From contig OZ243956.1 in NCBI GenBank assembly GCA_965214405.1, positions 3,072,001-3,136,000 on the forward strand: a stretch of DNA of 64,000 bases, written 5' to 3'. This document shows, piece by piece, positions 1-10,206 of this stretch. How positions within the stretch are numbered: position 1 is the stretch's first letter; the number at the start of each line of letters is the position of its first letter. The stretch comes from Trueperaceae bacterium (GTDB lineage: Bacteria > Deinococcota > Deinococci > Deinococcales > Trueperaceae). A program made the translations under genes and the position numbers. The notes beneath the pieces were generated by a model that was given only the letters and a program-made list of their open reading frames with translations, made no database searches and was not told the origin of the DNA.

Positions 1-90
1 GGCGTTCATGACGAGGTTGGCGCGGTACTCGAGCTCCAACTGCACCGAATTGGCTGCGAAAATGCGTAGCAGCCTGAAGTAGCGCGTCAC
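1..90 (-). CDS. ABC-2 family permease (DUF990-like), 5' part only; runs off the window
   Basis: The minus strand from GTG at 90 reads MTRYFRLLRIFAANSVQLELEYRANLVMNA. The E-Y-R-A motif resembles the permease at 1625-2431, and the start overlaps the Uma2 stop (GTGA). Confidence 0.75.
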   Translation of the reverse strand, partial: MTRYFRLLRIFAANSVQLELEYRANLVMNA

Positions 91-668
91 CTAAGCACCA
101 CGACCTCGCGGTCTGGAAAGGCGGCAGGGGCTAAGTTTTCCCCCCCACCAACCGTCAACTTTTCCGTATACCCCGCTCCGGTGGGCTGGCGGTAGACTTC
201 TACAACGTTCTCCGGCAGATTGACAATCCACACTTCGGTGATGTTGAGCCGCGCGTAAAGGTTTAGTTTCTTACCCTTGTCATAGCCCAGCGTCGTCTTG
301 CTCACCTCGACGAGGAGCAGAACGTCGGCGGGCGTCGGGTGCGCGCTTTTGTAGAAATCGTCACGGATTTTTAAGAGGGTCACGTCTGGCTCGACAAAAT
401 TGTGTTCAGTGAAGTACACAGGGTCCTGAACGCGTATAATGGCGTCGTTACTATACAGGCGGTAGAACTCTTTGGTGAGGTAATTCACTTCTCCTGAATG
501 GTCGCTGCTCGGTGGCGTCATGATGTAAAGCTCCCCGTCCAGAAGTTCAACCCGTGCTTCGGGCGCGATGTGGCCTGTTTCTACAAGCGCGTAAAGTTCG
601 TCCACGGTCAGTTTGTACCTAAGGACGCCCTCGTCTCGAGCGGGTGGAGCGGCGGGCTGTACGGTCAT
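87..668 (-). CDS. Uma2 family (DUF820) putative endonuclease
   Basis: Motifs RVELLDG, EPDV, LLVEVS, K...YARLNITEVWIVNL. Confidence 0.9.
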   Translation of the reverse strand: MTVQPAAPPARDEGVLRYKLTVDELYALVETGHIAPEARVELLDGELYIMTPPSSDHSGEVNYLTKEFYRLYSNDAIIRVQDPVYFTEHNFVEPDVTLLKIRDDFYKSAHPTPADVLLLVEVSKTTLGYDKGKKLNLYARLNITEVWIVNLPENVVEVYRQPTGAGYTEKLTVGGGENLAPAAFPDREVVVLR

Positions 669-731
669 AAAACGACGATAGCACAGGCTCTTTTAAGAAA
701 CCTGCTCAGTAAGCAAACGTGTCTCAGGCTC

Positions 732-1625
732 TCACACCTTGGCAAGATGCTCGAGCCCCGCCTCATCCAAGAACCCTTGCGCTCCGCCCCGTTCGCCAAT
801 CTTGTAGGAAGCAAAAAGGCTCGCTTTTCGCACAGCCTCGTAAGGGTCGCGCGTTTTTGCGTACACGTGGCAGAAGCACGCGAAGAGCGCGTCCCCCGCG
901 CCTACCGTGCTCACAACCTCGCGCGTTGTGACGGCGGGAATTTCCACCATTTCGCCGCGAATCGCCATGAGCGCGCCCTTCTCGCCTCTACTAACTACGG
1001 CGACGCGGCAGGGAAAGCGCGCCTGAACCTCCGCCAGCCACGCCTCCGGCGCGCACGGCAGGCGCGCGTCGCTCATGAAAAGGATGTCGGCGGCGTTCAG
1101 GAAATCTTGGTTGTAGGGGTGCTCGAGACTCACAACCGCGTGAAGGTCGGTAGCGACGGGAACACCCAAGGTTCTGGCGCGTTGGAGGAGGGGCTTTGAA
1201 AAGTTGACGTTGCCCAGCACCGCGAGCGAGCAGCCTTTTATTGCCTCATCAAAAAGCTCGAGCGGGTACTCCTTCTCTTGCACGTCTTTGAGGTCGGTGT
1301 GAATCGCCCGGTCGCTCTTTTTATCGTAAAGAACAACGGACTGAGGGGTTTCTCGAAGCCCTTTAACAAGGTAACGAGTGGGGATGGCGTCGGCTTTCAG
1401 GGTCTCTTCGACAACCCGCCCCACCGCGTCGTTGCCAACAAACGAGGCAAACTGAACCTCATCACCCAAACGCGTCAACGCCTTTGAGACGTTGTAGCCG
1501 ACGCCTGAGACGGTGCTCTGAATGCCGAAAAAGGGATAACGCACGGGCGCGTAGGGGATTGGGAAACTTTCGACGGGGAGGGTGGTCTCGAGGTTGACAA
1601 CGCCAGAAACAAACATCTTAGCCAC
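732..1625 (-). CDS. PfkB family carbohydrate kinase
   Basis: SGVGYNVS and TVGAGDA signatures. Start is probably GTG 1625 (overlapping the upstream stop) or ATG 1616. Confidence 0.85.
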   Translation of the reverse strand: MAKMFVSGVVNLETTLPVESFPIPYAPVRYPFFGIQSTVSGVGYNVSKALTRLGDEVQFASFVGNDAVGRVVEETLKADAIPTRYLVKGLRETPQSVVLYDKKSDRAIHTDLKDVQEKEYPLELFDEAIKGCSLAVLGNVNFSKPLLQRARTLGVPVATDLHAVVSLEHPYNQDFLNAADILFMSDARLPCAPEAWLAEVQARFPCRVAVVSRGEKGALMAIRGEMVEIPAVTTREVVSTVGAGDALFACFCHVYAKTRDPYEAVRKASLFASYKIGERGGAQGFLDEAGLEHLAKV

Positions 1626-2431
1626 TACGCCCCCACCGCCCCGTAGCGCCTCAGCCCCCGCCGCCACATCACCAGACGCAGCAGGACGAACACGACGACC
1701 CACACGCTCTGGATTGCCAGGCCTTGCACTAAGGCCGCCCCCGTCACGTCCCCCAACATAATCTTGACGGGAAAGTCGATGAGGTAGGGAAAAGGCGTGT
1801 AGAGGATGGCCTCTCTTAAGCCAGCGGGAAAGAAGTCAATCGGGATGAGCATCCCGCTAAACACGGTGTACAAGGTGAAAATAAGCGAGCTGAGCGCGAT
1901 GGCCTGGTCCGTCCAAAAGGTGAGCAGCCCGACGCTGTAGAGCAGGTTAAAGCGAATCATCCACACCGCCGCCAACGACACCGCGAACAGCGCAACGGTA
2001 GCGGGGCGAAAGTCGAAGTTGGCCCCGGTGAGCACCACCCCCACGGCGACGATAGGAATTAGAAAAGGCAGCCTCACGACTTGCGCCCCCAGGTGATGCG
2101 CGACGTGCATCCAATAGGGGTCCAGAGGGCGCAGCAGCTTGGGCGAAAGCTCGCCCAGCCGAATCTCGCGGTCTAATTCAAAAATAACCCAGATGGCCGT
2201 GACCTGACGAATCAAGAACACGGTGAGAAAATAGGCGGCGAAGTCCTGCGGGCTGTAGCCGCCCATCGGCCCCGCGTCGGCCAGGCCCATCCAAACGAAC
2301 ATCATGATGAGGGGCAGCGACCCGGCGATCATCCAAATGATGATTTCGGCGCGGTACTCGGTCTCGATGGTGAAAGCGTAGACGAAAAGGGCTTTCGTTT
2401 TGCTCAGCGTCTTGCGGGCCGTTTGGAGCAT
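1625..2431 (-). CDS. ABC-2 family transporter permease
   Basis: Multi-TM protein with EYRAE, IRLGELSPKLLRP and SGMLIPIDFFP; directly downstream of an ABC ATPase. Confidence 0.9.
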   Translation of the reverse strand: MLQTARKTLSKTKALFVYAFTIETEYRAEIIIWMIAGSLPLIMMFVWMGLADAGPMGGYSPQDFAAYFLTVFLIRQVTAIWVIFELDREIRLGELSPKLLRPLDPYWMHVAHHLGAQVVRLPFLIPIVAVGVVLTGANFDFRPATVALFAVSLAAVWMIRFNLLYSVGLLTFWTDQAIALSSLIFTLYTVFSGMLIPIDFFPAGLREAILYTPFPYLIDFPVKIMLGDVTGAALVQGLAIQSVWVVVFVLLRLVMWRRGLRRYGAVGA

Positions 2432-3412
2432 CTAAACCGCTTCCGCCCGGCGGTGAAACACCTCACCGATAATCTCTTCTACCGAGATTTCTTCAATGCT
2501 GATGTCCACCACGGGCAGCGCGTTGAGGAGCGCGGCGGAGGTGCGGGTTACTTGGGCGCGCGGCACCAGGAGTTCGGCGCGCAATTCGTCCACCGCGCGG
2601 ACCTCCCCGTAGCGCCGTAGCGCGTCCTCTGAAAGGGGCTGGCTGAACTGGAGCTTCAAGACCTTGTGCGGCGCACGTTCCTCGATCAAGCCTTTTAGGT
2701 CACCGTCGAAAATGAGCCGCCCCTGGTCGATGACTAAAATCCGCTTGGCGAGCGCGGTCACGTCGGCCATGTAGTGCGAGGTTAGCATCACCGTGGCGCC
2801 GTGGCGGGTGTTGTAGGCGGCGATAAAGGTGCGGACCGCCTCCTGCATGTTGACGTCCAGGCCAATCGTTGGCTCGTCCAAAAAGAGCACCCTGGGCGCG
2901 TGGAGGAGCGCGGCGGCGAGTTCGCATTTCATCCTTTCGCCTAGAGAGAGTTTGCGGACCTGTTTGTTGAGGATGCCTTGAAGCTCGAGCATTTCCGTAA
3001 GCTCGCCCAGCCGCTCCTTATAAACCTTGTCGGGGATTTCATAAATCGCCTGATTGACCAAAAACGAGTCCGAGGCCGCCAAGTCCCAGGCGAGCTGCTG
3101 CTTCTGGCCCATCACCAGCGTGATGGCGGTTAAAAACTCGCGCTGGCGGCGCTTGGGCGTAAAGCCCGCCACCGTCACCTCGCCCGAGGTCGGGTGGAGG
3201 AGGCCCGAGAGCATCTTGAGCGTGGTGGTCTTGCCCGCGCCGTTCGCGCCGAGAAAGCCGACCATTTCTCCGGCGGCAATCTCGAGCGTCACCCCCGCGA
3301 CCGCCTCCACCGTCTTGTACCGGCGCTTGAAAAAGGCGCGTAGTGAACCCCCAAGCCCCGCCTCTTTCTCGTGGACGCGGTAGTGCTTGCTCAAGTCGCG
3401 GACGCTAATCAC
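2432..3412 (-). CDS. ABC transporter ATP-binding protein
   Basis: Walker A GANGAGKT, LSLGERM signature, LFLDEPT. Start GTG 3412 follows a TATACT -10 box. Confidence 0.95.
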   Translation of the reverse strand: MISVRDLSKHYRVHEKEAGLGGSLRAFFKRRYKTVEAVAGVTLEIAAGEMVGFLGANGAGKTTTLKMLSGLLHPTSGEVTVAGFTPKRRQREFLTAITLVMGQKQQLAWDLAASDSFLVNQAIYEIPDKVYKERLGELTEMLELQGILNKQVRKLSLGERMKCELAAALLHAPRVLFLDEPTIGLDVNMQEAVRTFIAAYNTRHGATVMLTSHYMADVTALAKRILVIDQGRLIFDGDLKGLIEERAPHKVLKLQFSQPLSEDALRRYGEVRAVDELRAELLVPRAQVTRTSAALLNALPVVDISIEEISVEEIIGEVFHRRAEAV

Positions 3413-3465
3413 GCTGGCGAGTATACACCACAAAGGGGCGGGAGAGGCGTGCTGGACGGGATTAA

Positions 3466-5118
3466 TTAAAAGACTTCGGCCACGTCCGCTTCACGCTTTG
3501 AAGCCTTAATCTTTGGCACCCCGCTCACAACCTCCTCCGGAACCCGAAAATCCTCAGCGATAGTCCGAGCCGTCATCTTCGCCGACATCATCACCGAGGG
3601 CGTGCCCCCGCCCGGCTGCGCGTTCGCGCCGACCAAATAGAGGTTGCTCACGTCCTCGCTGCGGTTGTGGGGCCTGAAAAAGGCCGACTGCACGAGCACC
3701 GGCTCGACGCCGAAACCGTTGCCCAGATAGGAGTTGAGCGTCCCCTCGAAATAGTCGGGGGTAATAAAGCTCTGGTAGACAAGACGGTCCTTTAAGCCGG
3801 GAATATAGCCGCGCTCGTCCAAAAAGGTGAGAATCTTGTCCGCGAACGGCTTACCAAGTTCATCCCAATCCAGCTTGCCGCCCTTGTGCGGCACCGGGAC
3901 GAGCGTGTAGGCGGCGTGGTGGCCCGGCGGCGCGAGGCTGGGGTCGGTGAGGGTGGGGATGTGTAGGTACTGCGAAAAGTCCACGGCGAGAACCTTGCGG
4001 TCAAAGATGTCGGTCAGAAGCTCCTCGTAGCGCGGTCCCAAAATGATGTTGTGGTGGCGCAAATCAAGGTTTTGAGGCGCGCGGAAGCCGAAATAAATCA
4101 CGAAAAGAGACATTGACTGTTTGCGCGCCTTGACCACCACGTCGCGGTTCCAGAAGCGGTGTTTGGGTTCGATGAGGTTTAAGTAGGTGCTGGCATAGTC
4201 GCCGTTGGAAACGACCAAATCGGCGGTAAATGTGGTGCCGTCCGCAAGTGTCACGCCCTTGGCGACTTTTTTGCGGCCTTCCCTCGCCACCTCGATACGC
4301 GCCACCTCACTATTAAAATAAATCTCTCCGCCCAGCTCCTCAAACTTCTTGACAAACCCGTCCACCAGCGCGCCCGTGCCGCCCATCGCAAAATGGATGC
4401 CCCACGTTTTCTCGACAAAGTGAATCATCGCGTAAATCGCCGGGACCTTGAGCGGGTTGCCGCCGACCAAAAGAGGCTCGAAGGAGAACACCTGGCGCAT
4501 CTTGTCGGACTTGAAATACTTCTTGACAAACGAGAAAAGCGGGCGCACCGCGTCTAAACGCAACAAGTCGGGCACGACGCGCAGCATCGAGGGCACATCG
4601 TTAAAGTAGGTGTAGCCGAGTTCCAAAAAGCCGCGCTCGAAAATCGCCTTGGACGCCTCGTGAAACCGTTCGTACCCCTCCAAATCCTCCGGCGCGAGCC
4701 GACTTATCTGCTCCCGCGTGTGAACCGGGTCGCCGTCGTAATCGAAAAAGGTGCCGTCGTCAAAGTAGATGCGGTAGAAGGGGAGGATGGGAACGATGTC
4801 AACGTACTTTGAGGTGGCGGGGCCGCCGGAGACGCCCTTTGTTATGCGTTCGCCGGAAAGCGTGTGGGGCGGGAAGTCGGGCTGGTTAAGGGCGGCGGCG
4901 TTGCGCTCGAGCCCAAACAACTCCTCGATAAAGTGCGGCACGGTGAGAACCGTCGGCCCCATGTCAAAGGTGAAACCGTCCGCCTTTCGCACGTAAGCGC
5001 GCCCGCCGGGGCCGTCCAGCTTTTCAAGAATTGTGGTGTTGAAGCCCAGGCTTTGTAAGCGAATCCCCAACGCGAGGCCGCCGATGCCCGAACCGATGAT
5101 GATGGCTTTTTTCTGCAT
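3466..5118 (-). CDS. crtI: Phytoene desaturase (CrtI family)
   Basis: GSGIGG FAD motif, GGRA...[17 protein letters not shown]...LYLVGA...[13 protein letters not shown]. Confidence 0.9.
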   Translation of the reverse strand: MQKKAIIIGSGIGGLALGIRLQSLGFNTTILEKLDGPGGRAYVRKADGFTFDMGPTVLTVPHFIEELFGLERNAAALNQPDFPPHTLSGERITKGVSGGPATSKYVDIVPILPFYRIYFDDGTFFDYDGDPVHTREQISRLAPEDLEGYERFHEASKAIFERGFLELGYTYFNDVPSMLRVVPDLLRLDAVRPLFSFVKKYFKSDKMRQVFSFEPLLVGGNPLKVPAIYAMIHFVEKTWGIHFAMGGTGALVDGFVKKFEELGGEIYFNSEVARIEVAREGRKKVAKGVTLADGTTFTADLVVSNGDYASTYLNLIEPKHRFWNRDVVVKARKQSMSLFVIYFGFRAPQNLDLRHHNIILGPRYEELLTDIFDRKVLAVDFSQYLHIPTLTDPSLAPPGHHAAYTLVPVPHKGGKLDWDELGKPFADKILTFLDERGYIPGLKDRLVYQSFITPDYFEGTLNSYLGNGFGVEPVLVQSAFFRPHNRSEDVSNLYLVGANAQPGGGTPSVMMSAKMTARTIAEDFRVPEEVVSGVPKIKASKREADVAEVF

Positions 5119-5170
5119 ACCTCTATTATGTCCCAGACGCGCCTTTAGCTTTTGTGTGGTGTGTGCGGTT

Positions 5171-6658
5171 CTACGAGCGTATCAAACCGCTCAGTTGGTG
5201 AAAAACGTCGGGGTGGGTGAGGTCGTCCCAGGTGTGGTGGGTGTGGTGCTCGAGCCCGAAGCCCCCACGCTTGCGCGGAAACACCCAGACACCCTCCCTG
5301 GCGGCTAACACCGCCACCTTCGTTTGCAACCGCAAAGCATAAGACTTCATCTGAAAATACGCCTCTTGCAGCTCCTTATGGGTGCTGATGCTGAACTTGG
5401 CCTCCAACACCATCGCCGCGCTTTCCTCGCCGCGTTTTTGCACCGCGCCGAAGGCGTAGTCGGGGTAGACACGCTCGCCCCGGCCCATCCGCAGGGGCAT
5501 CTGCCTTATCCAGTCGCTCGGGGTGTAACCGAGCCGTTTCAAAAGAGGTTCTATAAGTTCCACCTCAACGTCGCGTTCGTCCTCAAGCCTATCGGAAGGA
5601 AGATAGGAGATGCGTTGCGGCTTGGGCAGAATTGAGACGTCCTGTCCCTTGGCGGCCATGATGTCTAGGATGGCTTCGTACTCCTCGAGGGTGAACGGTT
5701 TGCCGCTTGGCCCTTGCAGGTGAGCCTTAATCGCGCCCTTCTGTGACAGGAGCGGGTCGGTTTTCATCTCCTTAAAGGTGACGGGAGCAGTCTTAATTGG
5801 GTTACATATCCAGATGGTGCTGTGGTAGTGAAAGAAGGGGTCAATAAACCCGTCCGTCATCGCCCGCCAGATGGAATGGATGCGGCTGTGCGGCGAGACG
5901 CAGTACATGAGCAAAACATCTCCGCGCCGCGTGTCAACGTTGCCCTGCCAGAATTCCTCCGAATCTTGAGTAGCGGCCTCGAGTAATTCGAAATCCCCAT
6001 TGTTATCCGTTCCACCTGTTATGAGCCAAACTTTAGAGGGTGCGGGCAGTTCGCCTTTGTAATCTTCGGTGGTGTAAAGCGCGAAGTCGTAGAGAAAGGC
6101 GCACATCTCGATGACGCTTAGGTTGTGCCTCTTGCGAAACTCGTGAAAAGCTTCGTTGATGTAACTGTAGAGGAGCGCGCGACCTTCCTTATCGCGCTTT
6201 CCGGGGATAGGCGGGAGAGGTAAGTTGAACGTCTCGCCCACGCGCTCCAAAATATTGAATATGCTTGTGAAGCCGTAGGGGATGAAATAGTCAGGTTGGG
6301 CAAGGTGAAGCCCCAGCGACACTTCGTATATAGAAGCGGCAGTTCTTTCGGCGTCAAAGACGTCGGCTTCTCCATCGGGCCACACGATAGGGAGGCTGGA
6401 GCGAACCATTTTCTCGTATACGGTAGAAGCGTCCTCGAGGCTGTTCACCTCAACGCCCCTTACGTAGTCTCTAGCTGCTTTTACGATGCTGGCACTCTCT
6501 TCATTTAGAGGTGTCTTCGGGTCTGGTTCCAAGACGCCGAAGAAGGAGGCTGGAAAAGGGCCGTCCTTTTGTGTACTAAGCTGAGACCATAAGTCGAGAA
6601 CCTTTTGGCTCTCCTTCGACTCTTTATAAAGCTCCCAAACGAACGCGTTAAATTTCAT
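5171..6658 (-). CDS. Putative restriction endonuclease: central EVE/PUA-like domain plus C-terminal PD-(D/E)xK (HsdR_N-like) domain
   Basis: C-terminal E-x-x-VE...YPDY...VLEAK...QMKSYA. Central VWLI...WQG...RRGDVLLMY. Start ATG 6658 follows TACAAT. Confidence 0.65.
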   Translation of the reverse strand: MKFNAFVWELYKESKESQKVLDLWSQLSTQKDGPFPASFFGVLEPDPKTPLNEESASIVKAARDYVRGVEVNSLEDASTVYEKMVRSSLPIVWPDGEADVFDAERTAASIYEVSLGLHLAQPDYFIPYGFTSIFNILERVGETFNLPLPPIPGKRDKEGRALLYSYINEAFHEFRKRHNLSVIEMCAFLYDFALYTTEDYKGELPAPSKVWLITGGTDNNGDFELLEAATQDSEEFWQGNVDTRRGDVLLMYCVSPHSRIHSIWRAMTDGFIDPFFHYHSTIWICNPIKTAPVTFKEMKTDPLLSQKGAIKAHLQGPSGKPFTLEEYEAILDIMAAKGQDVSILPKPQRISYLPSDRLEDERDVEVELIEPLLKRLGYTPSDWIRQMPLRMGRGERVYPDYAFGAVQKRGEESAAMVLEAKFSISTHKELQEAYFQMKSYALRLQTKVAVLAAREGVWVFPRKRGGFGLEHHTHHTWDDLTHPDVFHQLSGLIRS

Positions 6659-6769
6659 GAGCCATTGTACAGGCCCGTGCGGTATGGCGTGCTCGAGCCC
6701 CAAAAACCGCGCCCTCCACATCTAAAGGAGGGCGCAAGCATCTTCAAAGTCAAAGCACATCTAACAGGT

Positions 6770-7261
6770 TTAGCAGTCCACCACCGGAATATCTCTCGAG
6801 AGAAAATCAAACCCCTCCCTGTAGCCGTTAACCTGCAAATAAAGGCGTGTGTAGCCCTTTACCACAGGCCTCACCACGATGGCTTGCGGCGCGACCGAGA
6901 GCGGCGCGTTATAGGCTGGAATGGTGTAGGTTACTTCGACGTAATCCGAGCCGTAAGAGACGTTGCCGCTGTTGGGCGTAAACGTTGCGCGGCCCGTGAC
7001 CTGGCCGCTCTGGACGCCCCTAAGGTACGAGGTCCAGGACGCGAGGGCCCCGTCGTAAGCGAACGCGTAAGAGAGTTCCGTCGTGGCGTTGTCGCAGATG
7101 ATGAAGCGCCCGTTGCCGTCTTGGTATGACGTCGAGTAGGCGCCGTCGTAAATGTCGATGCCGTCGGGTAAGCCTGTGTCTCCTGTAAAGACGATGTTAC
7201 ACCCCGAAAGAAGCCCGACGACCATGACACAAGCCGCGGCCCACATTTTTGAAGCTTTCAA
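6770..7261 (-). CDS. Hypothetical lipoprotein
   Basis: Signal peptide with lipobox LSGC; AGGAGG RBS before TTG 7261. Confidence 0.7.
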   Translation of the reverse strand: MKASKMWAAACVMVVGLLSGCNIVFTGDTGLPDGIDIYDGAYSTSYQDGNGRFIICDNATTELSYAFAYDGALASWTSYLRGVQSGQVTGRATFTPNSGNVSYGSDYVEVTYTIPAYNAPLSVAPQAIVVRPVVKGYTRLYLQVNGYREGFDFLSRDIPVVDC

Positions 7262-7492
7262 CGTTTCCCTCCTATAGACCGCGCCAGGCGGTTTTTTAGA
7301 TTGCCCCATAGACATAGTCTCGTAAAAACAGAGAGCGCTAAGTGCATTATTGCACAGTGGCCCCTTAACAGTAACGTCCCGACGTGAGGCGGAGCGGCGG
7401 GAGGGGTGAAAAAGGGTTCATGAGACGCGGTTTTACAGCCTTATTTTTCATAATCTCGAGCCCGTAACCCAAAAATCTTGATAACCTTGGGC

Positions 7493-8362
7493 ATGGACGA
7501 AGTACATTCCGCAGAAACAGAACACGACGCCGAGGGGCAACCCGAGGCGAATCCTTTTTTGGTCCCCGACCCCAACCGCATCTACGCGAACGCGCGCAAG
7601 TGGCGGCTCGCCGAGGACATGTTGGAGCGCTACACCGGCACGCCGCCGGGGCGCTTTCAAAAGCAGATCGTGCTGACCAACTTTAACTACTACATGGAGC
7701 GCTTTAGCTCGCAGTATGGCGACTCGCAGACGCGCGGCTCGGCTATGCACGCGGCGCACAGCGAAAAGATGGGCGTCTCGATCATCAACTTTTCGATTGG
7801 CGCGCCCAACGCGGCCCTCATTATCGAACTCCTGGCGACCGCCGACCCCAAGGCGGTGCTTTTCCTGGGGATGTGCGGCGGGCTGCACCGCTCTTTAGAA
7901 GTGGGCGACTTTGTGCTGCCCACCGCGGCGATTCGTGACGAGGGGTCCTCGACGCACTTTATGCCGCCCCGCGTGCCCGCGCTGCCGACCTTCAAGGTGC
8001 AGAAGTTCGTCTCGCAGATGATTGTCGAGAAAGGCTTCGACTACCGCACGGGCGTCATCCACACGACTGACTACCGTTTTTGGGAGTTTGACGACAAATT
8101 CAAGGCCGAACTTTACGAAGAGCGCGCGCTGGCGATTGACATGGAGACCGCCACGCTCTTTTCGGTGGGGTTTGCGAGTAAGGTGCCCATCGGGGCGATG
8201 CTGCTGGTGTCCGACTTGCCGTTAAAGAAGGGGGGCATCAAGACCAAAGTCTCGGCCAACCGGGTGTTTAGCGCCTACACCGACTTGCATTTGGAGTTGG
8301 GCATCCAGGCGATGAGCGAGATTGCCGAGCGGGGGGAGCATATCAGGCACTACCGCTGGTAG
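7493..8362 (+). CDS. amn: AMP nucleosidase (short, PNP/UDP phosphorylase fold)
   Basis: LERYTG, LTNF, FLGMCGGL, AAIRDEG, AIDMETAT, LLVSDLPL. Confidence 0.85.
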   Translation: MDEVHSAETEHDAEGQPEANPFLVPDPNRIYANARKWRLAEDMLERYTGTPPGRFQKQIVLTNFNYYMERFSSQYGDSQTRGSAMHAAHSEKMGVSIINFSIGAPNAALIIELLATADPKAVLFLGMCGGLHRSLEVGDFVLPTAAIRDEGSSTHFMPPRVPALPTFKVQKFVSQMIVEKGFDYRTGVIHTTDYRFWEFDDKFKAELYEERALAIDMETATLFSVGFASKVPIGAMLLVSDLPLKKGGIKTKVSANRVFSAYTDLHLELGIQAMSEIAERGEHIRHYRW

Positions 8363-8437
8363 GGGTCGTGAACCGCTACGCGCCTCAAGTGAGGCACGCG
8401 TCATGGCAAACCACTCGCCCGTAAGGTATAGTGAGCC

Positions 8438-8665
8438 ATGTTACAGAGCGTGAGGTTCTTCATCTCTTCTCTTTGCCCTGTGGAATCCTCGTCCAAGCGC
8501 CGGAAGCTCTCGAGCCGGGTTGAGGGTATGAGTTTGCAACGCACCGGCTTCGACAGTGATGGTTCTGAGCGAGTCGGTTCAGGTGATAGCCTCCGCGACG
8601 ACGGTTGCGCGGCGCTTTTTTGTATAACGCTTTTTTGTACAACACTCTTTTGTACGGCGACCTGA
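8438..8665 (+). CDS. Possible small leader protein with C-terminal LFCxT triple repeat
   Basis: ATG 5 nt after TATAGT, the leaderless pattern of many genes here; no recognisable family. Confidence 0.35.
   Translation: MLQSVRFFISSLCPVESSSKRRKLSSRVEGMSLQRTGFDSDGSERVGSGDSLRDDGCAALFCITLFCTTLFCTAT
8612..8656. repeat. Three tandem imperfect 15-bp repeats
   Basis: gcgcttttttgtata / acgcttttttgtaca / acactcttttgtacg. Confidence 0.85.
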
Positions 8666-8718
8666 TAACTACTGACGCGTCTAGTTGCCAACTGACACCA
8701 TCCTGAGACAACCACCCC

Positions 8719-9729
8719 ATGACATCATCCTTTCCTTCCCCCTTCCACGCGTGGCGACTACGCATTTTGGCGCGGCTCGCGGTGTTTGCTCTCCTCGGGC
8801 TGTTCGTGGCTGGCGGCTGGTGGCCCGTTCCGCCGCGCCTCTACGCGCTCACGGTGGTTGGCGTGACGCTCTTTTACGTGGTCATCTGGCGGGTGTGGCG
8901 GCGGCGAACCTCTTATGAGGCCCCGCTTAGCTGGGCCGAGGTGGGCGCGGACCTCGTTTTTCTCTCGCTCACGTTGCGTTTCGGCGGGGAGAGCGCCCCT
9001 GCTGCGCTCGTCTACCTCTGGTTTTTCGGCGCGACGCTCCTGCACGTCCGCAACAACATCCGGCGGGACCTGCCGCTGCTCGCGGCGTTGGCGCTCGTGG
9101 TGCTGGGCGTGGTGAGGCTGGGCGCGGCTGACTGGCTCCCTTACATGGGGTTTCACGCGCTCGGTATCGGTCTTGCGAGCGTTATAGGCTGGGCTTATTT
9201 GAGAGAGCGCTCGAGAGACCGCGTCGACCCCCTGACGAGCACGCTCCACCGCCGCGCGGGTATCGAAGAGCTCAACGACCTCATGCGGCGCGCGCAACCC
9301 TTTTCCCTCGCGTTCGTCGACCTCAAAGATTTCAAGGCCATCAACGACACCCACGGGCACGCCGTCGGCGACGAGGTCTTGCGCGCCGTGGCGCGGCGCA
9401 TGGCGGGCACGGTGCGCGAAAAGGACGTGGTCATGCGTTACGGCGGTGACGAATTCATCGTGGCGAGCCCCCTGCCCGCGCTGCGCCCCCGGCTCGAGGC
9501 GACCCTCCTGGACCCGGTGCGCACCTCGGCGGGCGTGATGGTCGTGCGCGCCGACATCGGCACCATCGACTGGTGCCAGGGGATGTCTTTAGAAACGCTT
9601 CTGAACCGCGCCGACGCCTCGATGTACCGCCGCAAACGCGGCGAAACGGCTTCCGGGGACGCCCCCGCGTCATCACAGCCGGAGTCACATCCGCAGCCCG
9701 TCGTGCATGGTGGTATTCGGAAGCCGTGA
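8719..9729 (+). CDS. Membrane-anchored diguanylate cyclase (GGDEF)
   Basis: N-terminal TM helices, DPLT, DLKDFKAINDTHGHAVGD, RYGGDEF, and an RxxD I-site (REKD). Confidence 0.92.
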   Translation: MTSSFPSPFHAWRLRILARLAVFALLGLFVAGGWWPVPPRLYALTVVGVTLFYVVIWRVWRRRTSYEAPLSWAEVGADLVFLSLTLRFGGESAPAALVYLWFFGATLLHVRNNIRRDLPLLAALALVVLGVVRLGAADWLPYMGFHALGIGLASVIGWAYLRERSRDRVDPLTSTLHRRAGIEELNDLMRRAQPFSLAFVDLKDFKAINDTHGHAVGDEVLRAVARRMAGTVREKDVVMRYGGDEFIVASPLPALRPRLEATLLDPVRTSAGVMVVRADIGTIDWCQGMSLETLLNRADASMYRRKRGETASGDAPASSQPESHPQPVVHGGIRKP

Positions 9730-9922
9730 GAAAGCATAAATCACGGTGAGGCTACAAAAGATGAGGCTACAAACAAGGCTCGAGTGAATTTCGCCGTAGC
9801 CGTAGCGCAGCGTCTCGCTTAGACTGGCTTTACTCTTTACTCCGCAAGACACCTGGCGTATCGGGCGTCACTCGTTACTAGGAAAGGCTGAGCATACGTA
9901 ACAAGGATGCCAGTGGGAATGG

Positions 9923-10171
9923 ATGAAAGAACCCGCGAACGAAAATCATGTTGCTTCTAGTGCGAGGGTGCTGCTGCTCGAGACCTTTGGCGAGGCGCAC
10001 AAAGAGCTTGTCGAGCGGGTGCTTTTTCAACTGGACGCTCAAGAGGCTGTTGACAGATTCTTTTCAGCCCATGCGCCCGCGCCTCCGCTCGAGCCGTCCA
10101 AAACTAACCCCTTTGACGATCCCTTCTCCACCTTTAACACCACCTTTGGTGAGGAGCCCCCGCTTCTGTAG
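9923..10171 (+). CDS. Small hypothetical protein
   Basis: 82-aa ORF filling an intergenic gap, with plausible composition. Confidence 0.45.
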   Translation: MKEPANENHVASSARVLLLETFGEAHKELVERVLFQLDAQEAVDRFFSAHAPAPPLEPSKTNPFDDPFSTFNTTFGEEPPLL

Positions 10172-10206
10172 GGTGGGATGGTTAAAGTTTTCTCACGCGT
10201 CTGAAA

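Noticed and set aside
498..1199. Long antisense and alternate-frame ORFs (also 11526-12389, 17993-18916, 21848-22882, 28631-29464, 60501-61460)
   Set aside because: They are shadows of well-supported genes, as expected in high-GC DNA.
8629..8642. GCTTTTTTGTACAA resembling a lambda/Gateway att core
   Set aside because: It is part of a local 15-bp tandem repeat, with no integrase or vector sequence nearby.
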